A stretch of 64,000 bases of DNA from NCBI GenBank assembly GCA_963702095.1, contig OY969706.1:2208001-2272000 (forward strand). The letters are read 5' to 3'. The stretch comes from Candidatus Bathyarchaeota archaeon. Lineage in GTDB: Archaea; Thermoproteota; Bathyarchaeia; Bathyarchaeales; Bathycorpusculaceae. Of the stretch, positions 41,638-51,035 are shown one piece after another. The position numbers and the translations under genes were made by a program. Under the pieces are notes generated by a model. That model was not told the DNA's origin, ran no database searches, and saw only the letters and a program-made list of their open reading frames with translations. Position 1 is the first letter of the stretch, and every line of letters begins with the position of its first letter.

Positions 41638-42435
41638 CTATTTCTGCCGTTTAAACTGGCCAGATCCGCCCAAATCAACTATGCTAGTAACAACACCTTG
41701 GCTTACCTTATCAAGGACTTCTTCGGCTTGTTTCCAATTATCCGCTATGACTTCAACACGGTACTTTGGAGCTGCGATAACAGAGAAATGAATTTGCGAA
41801 TCTTTGCTTCCATGGGCTTTCTTTGTCTCTATGAATGCATCTTGGATACATTTAACGCCGTTTGGGCGAGAGCAACGTACTTCAAGAACGCCCCAAACTT
41901 TGACCGTTTTAACCCTGATCCGTTCCTCGGCAACTTGAAATGCGGCCTTGGCAAGATCCTCAGGAACGTTTAACTTGGTCAAGGCTGAGGTGCCTTCCTT
42001 TAGGGTTCTTTCAAATCCGTCGTAGAGACCATAGTTCTCTTCAAGTACAGCGCCGACTTTCTGGTACACTTCTTCCTTTGTCAGACCAGTTCGTTCAGCC
42101 AGCACATGTAGCAATGCGTCTCCTTTGCGGTCTTTTTTCCAGAGTTTGACTTTTTCAATTCGTTCCCGCTTTGTGACACGCCTCAACGATAAATCAATGT
42201 GTCCTTTTTCGACGTCAACCCGCAGTACTTTAAGAACCATCTTTTGGTTTTCCCTAACAAAGTCACGGATGTTCCTTATACGGGCGCTGGAGATTTCGGA
42301 GATATGGAGAAAGCCTCTCTTGTTATACTCATCAAGATTAGCGTATACTCCGTAATCCATCACGGTTTTAATAGTTGCCATAACCAAATCGCCGGGCTCT
42401 GGCCACTCAAGTTTTTGCTCAGACATATTCTTCAT
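41638..42435 (-). CDS. eif2a: Translation initiation factor 2 alpha subunit (aIF2alpha)
   Basis: PEPGDLV, S1 domain LHISEIS...IRDFV...GHIDLSLRRV, AAPKYRV. Confidence 0.95.
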   Translation of the reverse strand: MKNMSEQKLEWPEPGDLVMATIKTVMDYGVYANLDEYNKRGFLHISEISSARIRNIRDFVRENQKMVLKVLRVDVEKGHIDLSLRRVTKRERIEKVKLWKKDRKGDALLHVLAERTGLTKEEVYQKVGAVLEENYGLYDGFERTLKEGTSALTKLNVPEDLAKAAFQVAEERIRVKTVKVWGVLEVRCSRPNGVKCIQDAFIETKKAHGSKDSQIHFSVIAAPKYRVEVIADNWKQAEEVLDKVSQGVVTSIVDLGGSGQFKRQK

Positions 42436-42459
42436 CCAAAAATTTTAATTTTAATATAT

Positions 42460-42990
42460 TTAACGCGCTAGTGCTAAAGCCACCCTTAGGTCGTTTTTCA
42501 TTAAACCAACAGTACCCTCTTCAAAGTGACGTTTCGCAGCCACTGCAAGCGCCTTTGTTTTACAGAGATAGGCAGCTTTTTCAGTGCATTCAGTTATAAC
42601 TAACGACGAGACTTTACCACACTTTTTCTGGCAATGGCTGTTTGCACAATTCACTATTGCCAAGTACAGTTCTTGTATGTCAAAGGGAGGCATGTAGTCT
42701 TCTGAGACATGCTGAATTTTCTGTTTACTCATCTCTTTAAGTGCGTTGTCGGTGAACTGTTTACTTATCAAGATTGCAGAATCGTAGCTGTCACGTTTGA
42801 TTGCCTCCGCCATGTTCTTGACGTCGTTTAGGCATATGTACCCGTTAGTTAATGGTTCCATTGTCCTTAGCAGTACTTTGTTGTTAGAATTATCAAGTGC
42901 TGTTACATCAGTAAAGTTGGAATTCTTCTGTTTTTTTACGCTTTTGTAACCGCGTACAGCCATTATGAAGTTAGTTTTGTTTTCACTCAT
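42460..42990 (-). CDS. Restriction-endonuclease-fold (Mrr-like) protein, probably catalytically degenerate, with Cys-rich tail
   Basis: RGY...DVTA...AILIS..FT..A pattern; no clear (D/E)xK. Confidence 0.5.
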   Translation of the reverse strand: MSENKTNFIMAVRGYKSVKKQKNSNFTDVTALDNSNNKVLLRTMEPLTNGYICLNDVKNMAEAIKRDSYDSAILISKQFTDNALKEMSKQKIQHVSEDYMPPFDIQELYLAIVNCANSHCQKKCGKVSSLVITECTEKAAYLCKTKALAVAAKRHFEEGTVGLMKNDLRVALALAR

Positions 42991-43010
42991 TTTCTCACCT
43001 AATTTGGCTG

Positions 43011-43190
43011 TTAGAGTTCGCCGGGGTCGCTTTCGTCGAAGACAAAATCTTCTAACCGCAGTTTACCATCGGTGGTTGCCACTACTTTGTATTGGGCTTC
43101 ACAGATTGGACAGATGACCACTTCGCCAAGTACTATTCCATCTTTTTTGAATGTGTTTCCGCACTCAGTGCATTTAGTGTTGATTTTAAC
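43011..43190 (-). CDS. LysW-like zinc-ribbon protein without a standard start codon
   Basis: VKINTKCTECGNTFKKDGIVLGEVVICPICEAQYKVV...LRLEDFVFDESDPGEL*. Confidence 0.7.
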   Translation of the reverse strand, partial: VKINTKCTECGNTFKKDGIVLGEVVICPICEAQYKVVATTDGKLRLEDFVFDESDPGEL

Positions 43191-43199
43191 GGTCCCTCC

Positions 43200-43505
43200 C
43201 TACATTGTCAGATAATTGTGGTTTCTAAGCCAATCTGACTGGTTCTTTCGGTACCGCCAAAATATATCGCCCCTAGTGTCGATCTGGAAGTCCCATGGCG
43301 AAACCAAAACTATGTCGCCTTCTCTTATCCAGACGCGTCTTTTCAGTTTACCTCTGACCCTGCAGAGACGTTCCTTTCCATCTTGGCATTTAACCATAAT
43401 TCTGTCGGCACCCAGCATTTTCACAGCTATGCCCAAAACATCGTTTGGTGAAGGGAGAACCATACTGTCCAAGTTGCCTTCATTTGTTACTTTGCGTTTA
43501 CCCAT
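43200..43505 (-). CDS. eif1a: Translation initiation factor 1A (aIF1A)
   Basis: MLGADRIMVKCQDGKERLCRVRGKLKRRVWIREGDIVLVSPWDFQ. Confidence 0.95.
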   Translation of the reverse strand: MGKRKVTNEGNLDSMVLPSPNDVLGIAVKMLGADRIMVKCQDGKERLCRVRGKLKRRVWIREGDIVLVSPWDFQIDTRGDIFWRYRKNQSDWLRNHNYLTM

Positions 43506-43867
43506 TTTTATTTTCCAGGTGTGGTTTTAAACCACTTTATAATCAGAATAATCAGGAGAAAAAGCAGTTTGCATTCGGGACTCTTCCTCTAAAGAATTCT
43601 AATAACACATAAATGGCTTCAGCGCCTATATTAGGGTATATGTGCTCAAATTTTTTTTGAGCTTAAAAAAACAAAAAAGGCAGAAACAACCGTTTTTCTG
43701 GGAAAAGACCCAAAAATATTTTTCAATCGAAAAGACGCCGATAATTTCAACCTTTATTAGACTGATGAGGTATACTGTTGCCTGAAGAGTTTCTCTTATC
43801 CTCTTGGAATCGCCTGATTGAGTAATTGATTCTTTTCTAAACAAAACAATGAGAGGTAAATGAATTT

Positions 43868-43999
43868 ATGTGTATGTTAAGGGTTGGTCTCGTTAAGAAC
43901 TGTCGCAGGTGTAAATCTTCAGTTAGACCTCACTGTGACTTCAGAAAGAAAACCACAAAGAAAAACTACGTAAACACCGTCAAAAAGAAAGAAGCGTAA
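43868..43999 (+). CDS. 43-aa basic Cys-rich microprotein
   Basis: MCMLRVGLVKNCRRCKSSVRPHCDFRKKTTKKNYVNTVKKKEA; GAGGT upstream. Confidence 0.5.
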   Translation: MCMLRVGLVKNCRRCKSSVRPHCDFRKKTTKKNYVNTVKKKEA

Positions 44000-44031
44000 G
44001 CCTCTACCTCACTTTTTTAGAGCAAACTTCC

Positions 44032-44148
44032 ATGAGCAAACCTATCCAAAAACGCTTTGATAGGGCAGAATGCAGAGGCTGCATGTACAAAGAAAGCCCA
44101 TATTGCTGGAATCAATGCACATTAAACATTTGGAAATCCATGACCTGA
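44032..44148 (+). CDS. 38-aa Cys-rich microprotein
   Basis: MSKPIQKRFDRAECRGCMYKESPYCWNQCTLNIWKSMT. Confidence 0.5.
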   Translation: MSKPIQKRFDRAECRGCMYKESPYCWNQCTLNIWKSMT

Positions 44149-44228
44149 CCCAATACTAGGTACTATTGTGCCATATCGTGCGTTAACTCGCTGGTCTTCA
44201 CGCAAGACGACAAAAAGGATTAAATAAT

Positions 44229-44474
44229 CTATGAACTGTTTTTGGAGCGTACCCTAAAGGGAGCAGGAATTTTTTCTCGCTCAAGCAGCGCATAGGCACT
44301 GACTCGTCTTCTTTCAGTATTTGTCTGAGGTAATGCAGCTATATTGGAGAGCTTCACGACCCAACCTTCTTGAGCCAACTCATTTATTTCCTTTTCAAAC
44401 CTTGACTTCACCGTTGTTCCAAAAGAGAATTCTCCTGATTCATCTTCCCAATAGACAACTTTGTATTCATTCAT
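44229..44474 (-). CDS. DUF4177-like small protein
   Basis: MNEYKVV...FEKEINELAQEGWVV...ALLERE. Confidence 0.75.
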   Translation of the reverse strand: MNEYKVVYWEDESGEFSFGTTVKSRFEKEINELAQEGWVVKLSNIAALPQTNTERRRVSAYALLEREKIPAPFRVRSKNSS

Positions 44475-44548
44475 AATGGAATCCACACACTCTGCATCTT
44501 TTTTAGGATTAAACACTTTGCTCTCAAATTGATTGCATCTGTTTTGAA

Positions 44549-45025
44549 TTAGGGAAATGCACAAGGTTTCCGAGCGAATCTTTTTCGGTAGCATTCTTTG
44601 CAAAACGGGTGCTTGTATCTTTTTATTTTTGCCGCCTCAAAGGTCTTCCCGCATCCTCTGCATTCAACTTTTCCAGCTTGTTTGGGGTCGAGAAGCTTAA
44701 GTCTTTTCTCTATCTCCGTTTTTACTTCAGCGTCTCTCTCGTTCAATAACGCCTTTTTCAGTAGCTCTATTGCATAGTCTACGCTTTTTTCTCCAAAGAG
44801 CTTTCCAAAGGTGTTTAGGCTTTTTCCCTTAACCAAATCAATTTTGATTGGTAACATACAAACAAAATTCGCTGGATACTCACATGCCTTACTGTAATCT
44901 AACACAGCAAAACGGTAGGTGGGCCCTGAATTTCTTGTTCCCATGTCGAACCTAAAAGCCTGCAATCTACAGTCCATTAAACCAACTGCTACTGCTACTT
45001 CCAGCTTTCGCGTCGCCTGGACCAC
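44549..45025 (-). CDS. Hypothetical protein with C-terminal zinc ribbon
   Basis: CRGCGKTF...FCKECY. Confidence 0.7.
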   Translation of the reverse strand: MVQATRKLEVAVAVGLMDCRLQAFRFDMGTRNSGPTYRFAVLDYSKACEYPANFVCMLPIKIDLVKGKSLNTFGKLFGEKSVDYAIELLKKALLNERDAEVKTEIEKRLKLLDPKQAGKVECRGCGKTFEAAKIKRYKHPFCKECYRKRFARKPCAFP

Positions 45026-45213
45026 GCTTGCTTTTCACCATCAGGGCTTGAGTGGGCTGTTTCGGTTCGGTTTTCAGAGCCTGCTCGGGGGGTTCTATGT
45101 TTAGCTAAGCATTCGCGGCAGTAAACAGGTCTATCAGGTTTAGGTTTAAAGGAAACCGTTGTGGTTTTCCCACAATCACTACATTTTATTACTGTTGAAA
45201 CTCTTTCGGACAT
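44995..45213 (-). CDS. CxxC-x17-CxxC domain protein
   Basis: CSDCGKTTTVSFKPKPDRPVYCREC. Confidence 0.9.
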   Translation of the reverse strand: MSERVSTVIKCSDCGKTTTVSFKPKPDRPVYCRECLAKHRTPRAGSENRTETAHSSPDGEKQAWSRRRESWK

Positions 45214-45351
45214 AACTTTGTAATCCTGTTAATCTTGAGCTAAAAAATAGCCGAAATTAACTTGACCATAAAAGGAATACTTTGACATAAACATTTGGTT
45301 ACCTACAAGGAAAAATCTCATTAATTTATAGGTAACAATTTTCTGAGGGGT

Positions 45352-45492
45352 GGGTTTTTGTTTTTCTAGTGTTAGAAGAAGATAATCTCGCCCTTACTCA
45401 TCATCTTCCCATGGGCTCGGTAGGCGGCTGTGTATTATGTTTTGCAATGGAAATGGGTTGCTGGCTGGTTGAGGCGGATTCCACAAGCAGAA
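45352..45492 (-). repeat. Dispersed repeat family D, copy 2
   Basis: Reverse complement aligns with 29432-29570. Confidence 0.85.
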
Positions 45493-45850
45493 CCAAAAGA
45501 ATTGTATTATACTGATAAGCAAAATTCCAAATCACCATATTTTTGATTTAAATAATGGAAGCTGCAAAACAGAGCCCTTGGGTGCGAGAGAGGTTCCCTT
45601 TTGGGAGGTGCACTCGCTGCCTTGAATGATTCAGTCGGTCATAGAAGGGTTTGTATATATAGTTGGCTTCTACAAGTTGCAGCTAGTTGAGCGAGTAGCA
45701 GTTCGGATTCGCGAGAGCAAAGGAAATCAAAACGTGAATCTTGAATATTACAGTTCACATACCGTTTGGTTCTGAGCGCATATTCAGAAAAGGATAGTCG
45801 AGCAAACTAGCAAGCTCAAGCGTTATCGATGCAAAAACTTATCTTTCGAA

Positions 45851-46474
45851 ATGAATGCATACAAATTAATGAAATTTACAAAAGAAAAACTATCAGGAAC
45901 CTTATTTATCATAGCCGTTGCCCAGTTTTTACTTTGCATTATTATTGCTGAGGCCACGTTTGGAGGTTACAGCACTCGCGATAATTACGTCAGCGACCTT
46001 GGAGTAGGACCGTCATCAATTGTGTTTAATTCCTCGGTGTTCTTTTTAGGATTGTTAATCTTTTTAGGAACATACCTCCTAAAAAATAGCCCCAATAGAA
46101 CTTTAAGGATACCATTATTCCTGATGGCTTTGAGCGCAATGGGTGTAGGAATTTTTACAAAAGATTTTACCCTTGCTCACGCGGCAGTTTCTTCTGCTGC
46201 GTTCTTCTTTGCTGGGCTTTCAGCAATAGCATCTGCATTTATCTTGAAAAAACCATTATCTTGGGTAAGCGTAATCTTAGGGCTAATAACTCTTAGTGCA
46301 TTAGCTCTTTTTTCCATCGGCATTGTTGTAAGCGGGTCAATGACGAGCACGGTTGCATACGATAGCCTTTTTTACTTGGGCTTGGGTCCTGGGGGAATGG
46401 AGCGAGTGATAATTTATCCAGCTATGGTGTGGCTAGCATTATTTGGGAGCCAGTTAGCGCAACCAAAAAGTTAG
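45851..46474 (+). CDS. DUF998 membrane protein
   Basis: YSTRDNYVSDLG, GVGIF...H, GGMER. Confidence 0.85.
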   Translation: MNAYKLMKFTKEKLSGTLFIIAVAQFLLCIIIAEATFGGYSTRDNYVSDLGVGPSSIVFNSSVFFLGLLIFLGTYLLKNSPNRTLRIPLFLMALSAMGVGIFTKDFTLAHAAVSSAAFFFAGLSAIASAFILKKPLSWVSVILGLITLSALALFSIGIVVSGSMTSTVAYDSLFYLGLGPGGMERVIIYPAMVWLALFGSQLAQPKS

Positions 46475-46553
46475 GAAGCAGCAGTTGTTAGTCAGCTATT
46501 TTATCTATTGTTTAAAAGCTTAAATAAAGAATGGTTCAATCTCCACTTGGCGG

Positions 46554-47045
46554 TTGGTTGGTGTGTCAAGGTCTGGGCAGAATAATATTTACGTTTTAAT
46601 TCTTGTTCTAAGCATAATCGGCGCCATTCTTTTTATCTTCACTGAATTCGGTGGATACACCGCGTATTACTCCTATTCCGTTAACATCGAGTCGGTTTTT
46701 AGAAACCCTGACTTGCTGCTTTATGCGCCAGTTTATGTTTTTACTGCTTTCTTGTTCTTGATAAACATTTTACTGCCGATAATTGAACTAAAAAACGTGA
46801 AATTGTCTCTTCCATTAACACCTGCACAGTTAGGTTTCTACACTTCAATTATCATTCTAATAATAACCGCTGCCAGCGGCGTTATATTTGCGGTTCGTCT
46901 ATCTAATGCTTGGGATTGGTGGTTTAACTCGGGATTTTACGCTGGGATAATTGGGGGGATACTCCTTCCGATCCTGTATCGCATAAGTATGAAAAACCCT
47001 CATCAAGCAACCCCGCCCGATCTTCCCCCGCCTCCCCCACCTTAA
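46554..47045 (+). CDS. Membrane protein with Pro-rich tail
   Basis: Four TM helices, WWFNSGFY, PPPPP. Confidence 0.7.
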   Translation: MVGVSRSGQNNIYVLILVLSIIGAILFIFTEFGGYTAYYSYSVNIESVFRNPDLLLYAPVYVFTAFLFLINILLPIIELKNVKLSLPLTPAQLGFYTSIIILIITAASGVIFAVRLSNAWDWWFNSGFYAGIIGGILLPILYRISMKNPHQATPPDLPPPPPP

Positions 47046-47254
47046 TCTGCTACAGGCTACGCAATTTCACTCTTTGGATCCCAGTTCTGCTCAAACTACC
47101 CTCATAACGCTCTCAAGAATTTGTTTTGTTTTGTCAATACCTAAAACAAAGTCCTTGAGTGTAGGGAATGCTCTTTAGAGAGGAGTTCTGAGGTCTTTTT
47201 GTAGGAGAAGCGTTTGTATATTTGGTAACTGTTTTCTGTTATCTAATTGGATTT

Positions 47255-47332
47255 GGGCGAGTAGCTCAGTACGGATAGAGCACCAGCCTCCTAAGTTGGG
47301 GGTCGAGGGTTCAAATCCCTCCCCGCCCGCCA
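47255..47332 (+). tRNA. tRNA-Arg(CCT), CCA encoded
   Basis: Cloverleaf: CCAGC-CTCCTAA-GTTGG anticodon arm, GAGGG-TTCAAAT-CCCTC; A6-C67 mismatch in the acceptor stem. Confidence 0.95.
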
Positions 47333-47354
47333 CCAAATATGCATTAATATTTGT

Positions 47355-48911
47355 CTATGTTGACTTTTTTCCTTTGGTCTTTATCCTTACGGTAGGAATA
47401 ATACGCTTTGTCACTTTTTGCATAAAGAAAGAAAGATCGCCAGATGACCGGTTTCTCAACAATCTTAAGAAAAAGGAACCATAAAGGAATTCCTTCTTAG
47501 CTCTATACCTAATGAATTCCATATAGGCTTTTTTCTGCAGGACAATCATTTCTTTTGAGCTAAATTGTGTAGTATTCATTGAAGAATCCATTGTTCTAAG
47601 CTTTGAGAGATCAAACTTTTCGCCTATAAGACCTATAGACTGAGCTAAAGCATTCAATTGAGTACCCGGATAAGGGGCAGCAATGAAAAAGTTAGCGCTA
47701 TCTAAATCCGCATCCTTTGAGAACTGAATAGTTCTCCGAATGCTTTCAAACGATTCCCCCGGAAAGCCTATAACAAAGAAGCCATGAGACCATATTCCCA
47801 AAGTCCTACAGTAGCCAACTACTTCCTTGACCTTTTCCAGATCTAATGGCTTATGAATGATTTCTTTTAGTACTCTTGGGTCTCCAGATTCAATTCCAAG
47901 ATTTAATTGGAAACATCCAGAATCTTTCATTTTTTTTAATAGAGCAAAATCTAAAGTGCTAACTGCAACACCGTTTGGCGTAGTCCATCTTATGCCTAAA
48001 TTCTTAGAAAGTAATAAGTCACAAATTCCCATCATATTTTGTCTTGATAAAGTGAGATTATCATCCTCAAAATGAATTTCGTTAATTCCGTATTCTGCAT
48101 GTAATTTTTCAATCTCTTTCACTACATTTTCAGGACTGCGACGTCTCCATTTATGTCCCCAAACAGTATGAATTGAGCAAAATATGCAATTTCCCGGGCA
48201 GCCTCTACTAGTAATCATAGGCATGAATCTTTTCCTACGCTGGCTTCCATGTGCCTGTCCTAATGAAATGTAAGTCTCAATCGGCAGAAGATGCCATGCT
48301 GGAAAAGGCAGGGCATCTAAATCTTCAATAAACGTCCTATGTGCAGTCTTTACTATTTTTCCTTGCTGTTTATACATCAAGCCATTAATACTGTGCAAGT
48401 CGACACCAGATTCTAAACCAGTCAGTAATTCTGAAAATGTTAATTCGCCTTCACCTAAAACTACAAAGTCTATGTTACTATTGTTTAGGACGTACTCTGG
48501 CATGCTAGAAGGGTGAGCGCCACCTACTACAACCAGAATATCTCTATCAATTTCCTTAACAATCAAAGCTATGTTTTTCATCTCTTCATCCATAAGGCTA
48601 AACGGGCAAGTAATACCCACTAAACTGGGGCGAAACTTTGCAATCTCTGATTTAATCATTTCTTTAGGTAATCCAATTCTAATTAAGTCACCTTTCGCTT
48701 GCCTAAACCTAAAGCCAAGTGCGATGGTATCAAGAATCTTGACTTTATGCCCCAATTGTTCAGCTACTGACCCTAAATATGCCAAGCCTAAAGGCGGCGT
48801 GACAGCAGTAACTTCGTTTTCTTTAACTGTTAGGGGGGGTTGAATTAAAAGAACCTTCATGGTTCTGTCATAGCAGGCTTTTAGGCTAATAAATTCTTTG
48901 AAAGAAAACAA
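47355..48911 (-). CDS. B12-binding radical SAM protein (AT-rich; likely start MKVL, ~48860)
   Basis: PPLGLAYL, GGAHPS, GEGE, SRGCPGNCIFC, EDDN, GIESG, PYPGT. Confidence 0.92.
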   Translation of the reverse strand: MFSFKEFISLKACYDRTMKVLLIQPPLTVKENEVTAVTPPLGLAYLGSVAEQLGHKVKILDTIALGFRFRQAKGDLIRIGLPKEMIKSEIAKFRPSLVGITCPFSLMDEEMKNIALIVKEIDRDILVVVGGAHPSSMPEYVLNNSNIDFVVLGEGELTFSELLTGLESGVDLHSINGLMYKQQGKIVKTAHRTFIEDLDALPFPAWHLLPIETYISLGQAHGSQRRKRFMPMITSRGCPGNCIFCSIHTVWGHKWRRRSPENVVKEIEKLHAEYGINEIHFEDDNLTLSRQNMMGICDLLLSKNLGIRWTTPNGVAVSTLDFALLKKMKDSGCFQLNLGIESGDPRVLKEIIHKPLDLEKVKEVVGYCRTLGIWSHGFFVIGFPGESFESIRRTIQFSKDADLDSANFFIAAPYPGTQLNALAQSIGLIGEKFDLSKLRTMDSSMNTTQFSSKEMIVLQKKAYMEFIRYRAKKEFLYGSFFLRLLRNRSSGDLSFFMQKVTKRIIPTVRIKTKGKKST

Positions 48912-49015
48912 TCAAATTATCCTTTCGCAGTTGTTAGTCACCAAATAATGGGTCAACCATTCAAAAAAACATTGACATAGATAAGATCACTCAAGCACAA
49001 TTTTACAATTCAATT

Positions 49016-49088
49016 GAGATAGTAGATAGTATAAATAGCACCAGCAAAAGTTGAAAGATCGAGGAGCCAGAGCCCTCCCCGCCCGCCA
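49016..49088 (+). pseudogene. Decayed copy of tRNA-Arg(CCT) / att-like direct repeat
   Basis: 16-bp exact match CCCTCCCCGCCCGCCA (49073-49088 = 47317-47332) preceded by relics AGTAG, GCACCAGC, AAGTTG, TCGAGG. Confidence 0.8.
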
Positions 49089-49184
49089 AAGAATTTTAAC
49101 TTTTAATAAACAAGCCTTAAAATCCAAATTAAGAGAAGGAAGATTTAAGCCCTCATCAGCATTTAATAAAAAGCAGGTTTCGGG

Positions 49185-49424
49185 ATGGTTCATAGAAGAG
49201 TAAGAGGCGGAAAATACAAAATAAACTATGTTGGTCAACCCAGTCCTTTCGTGGTGGGCGACGAATTAGAAGTCAACATTACCGATATATGTCCAAGTGG
49301 GGATGGCATGTCAACAATTCGGGGCTATGTTATTGTGGTGCCGAAAGCCAAGCCGAGGGATCGCATAAAAATAAGGGTTACACAAGTCGGCGAGAAAACC
49401 GCGACTGGCCAAATAATTCAATGA
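49185..49424 (+). CDS. Single TRAM-domain RNA-binding protein
   Basis: VGDELEVNITD...GDG...GYVIVVP.AKPRDRIKIRVT. Confidence 0.9.
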   Translation: MVHRRVRGGKYKINYVGQPSPFVVGDELEVNITDICPSGDGMSTIRGYVIVVPKAKPRDRIKIRVTQVGEKTATGQIIQ

Positions 49425-49447
49425 TTTTTTTCCAAGTGCCCACCAAA

Positions 49448-49651
49448 TCAGGGAGCTTTTGCTTTTCTACTCGTTCGTAACCTAACCAGGTAAGCCACGT
49501 TCATTACTAAAGAGACCCCAATAAGGAGGCCTTCCAAGAAACTGGAAATTAAGATACCGCCAATTTCAAAGGACAAGAATTGCCCTATCAAGATGCCGAG
49601 GGCGATGGAAATCATGCCGATTGACAGCATCGTTTCGTCTTTAAGAGGCAT
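49448..49651 (-). CDS. Small two-TM membrane protein
   Basis: Hydrophobic 67-aa ORF, FLEGLLIGVS. Confidence 0.65.
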   Translation of the reverse strand: MPLKDETMLSIGMISIALGILIGQFLSFEIGGILISSFLEGLLIGVSLVMNVAYLVRLRTSRKAKAP

Positions 49652-49727
49652 ATTGAGATCACAGGTTAGGGTTTATTTGGGGTTCCTTAATAACAGTTTC
49701 TTTAGAGCCAAAAGAGCGTTTGGAGAG

Positions 49728-51035
49728 TTAGTCGAAAATCTCGATTTTCTCTACCTTTCGGGACTCCGCCTCTATAAGCATGTAATAGGCAACGATTAGG
49801 GCAAGAATCATCGCTATCCCTATAATCAATGCTTCACGGGGCATCCCAACCAGCAACGCAATCAACCCCACAATACCAGCTATAGAGAGTGCTGGGTAGA
49901 GGGGGGCACGGAAGGTTGCAGCGGCTTTTTTGCGTCTGAAATGGATCAGGGCAAAGCTTGCGATGAGGTAGCAGAATAGGATGCCGAAGTTGCTGATGGA
50001 AGCCATCACGTAGATGTTGCCTGAAAAAAGCATCACTATGCCGATGACTGCGGAGATTATTACGCCGTTAACTGCCACATCTCTTTTTTCATTGTATTTG
50101 CGCACGAATTTGGGCAGTAACTTGTCTTGTCCTATCTGAAACAGCACCCTAGAGGAACCCAGAATCATCGCCAACGCCGCTGATGTGGTTGCTATTAAGG
50201 CGCCCACGGAAACCAAGGTGAAGAGCCATGTGGGGGCACCCGCCGACCGCAGTGCAAACGACAGTGGATCAGAGGACACCGTGTATTGGCTTGCAGGCAT
50301 CAAAAACAGGAGTGCAATGACCACCAAGATGTAGAGGACCATACTTATAACGACGGATGAAACGATGGCTTTTGCCGCGCCTGACCCGCCGCCTTTAACT
50401 TCTTTAGTTATCGTTGAAATGGCTTGGAAACCGGAATATGCGAAGAATATTACGACGCTGGCGGCGAAAATGGAGCCTACATTAGCTGATTGGAAACCAG
50501 AGCTAAAGTTGGCAGCTCCGATGGATTGGTTGCCGAGGGCAAAAACCAACGCGAAAACAATAAAGATAATCAGGATTACGATTTTTATTATAACCAAACC
50601 GAAGTCAGCTTTTGCAGCTTTACTCACCCCTAAAATATTAACTACTGAGAGAGCCAAAATCAGCAGTATGGCAAATATAGTCGGGTAGACGCTGCTGCCT
50701 AGCCCTATGAGGTTGGTGAGGTAGGAGCCGAAGCCCAATGCTATAGGCGCAATCGAGGAAGCATAAGCAAAATACAGCATTATACCCGTTATGAAGCCTA
50801 ATTCGCTTCCAAACGCTTCGTAAGCATAGCTGTAGGAGCCGCCTTCTGCGTTGGGCATGATGGAGCCTAACTCACCCAACTCCAGCGCCACAATCAAGGC
50901 TATGACGCCGACGATGACAAAAGCGATGAGGGCTGCTGAACCAGCCAACGCAATGGCGGTTCCACTTAAGACAAAGATGCCTGCGCCGATTATGGCTCCG
51001 AGCCCAACGGCAGTTGCTACTTTAACGCTAATCAT
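49728..51035 (-). CDS. APC-family amino acid permease
   Basis: GAIIGAGIF, GGSYSY, FFAYSGF, 12 TM helices. Confidence 0.93.
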   Translation of the reverse strand: MISVKVATAVGLGAIIGAGIFVLSGTAIALAGSAALIAFVIVGVIALIVALELGELGSIMPNAEGGSYSYAYEAFGSELGFITGIMLYFAYASSIAPIALGFGSYLTNLIGLGSSVYPTIFAILLILALSVVNILGVSKAAKADFGLVIIKIVILIIFIVFALVFALGNQSIGAANFSSGFQSANVGSIFAASVVIFFAYSGFQAISTITKEVKGGGSGAAKAIVSSVVISMVLYILVVIALLFLMPASQYTVSSDPLSFALRSAGAPTWLFTLVSVGALIATTSAALAMILGSSRVLFQIGQDKLLPKFVRKYNEKRDVAVNGVIISAVIGIVMLFSGNIYVMASISNFGILFCYLIASFALIHFRRKKAAATFRAPLYPALSIAGIVGLIALLVGMPREALIIGIAMILALIVAYYMLIEAESRKVEKIEIFD

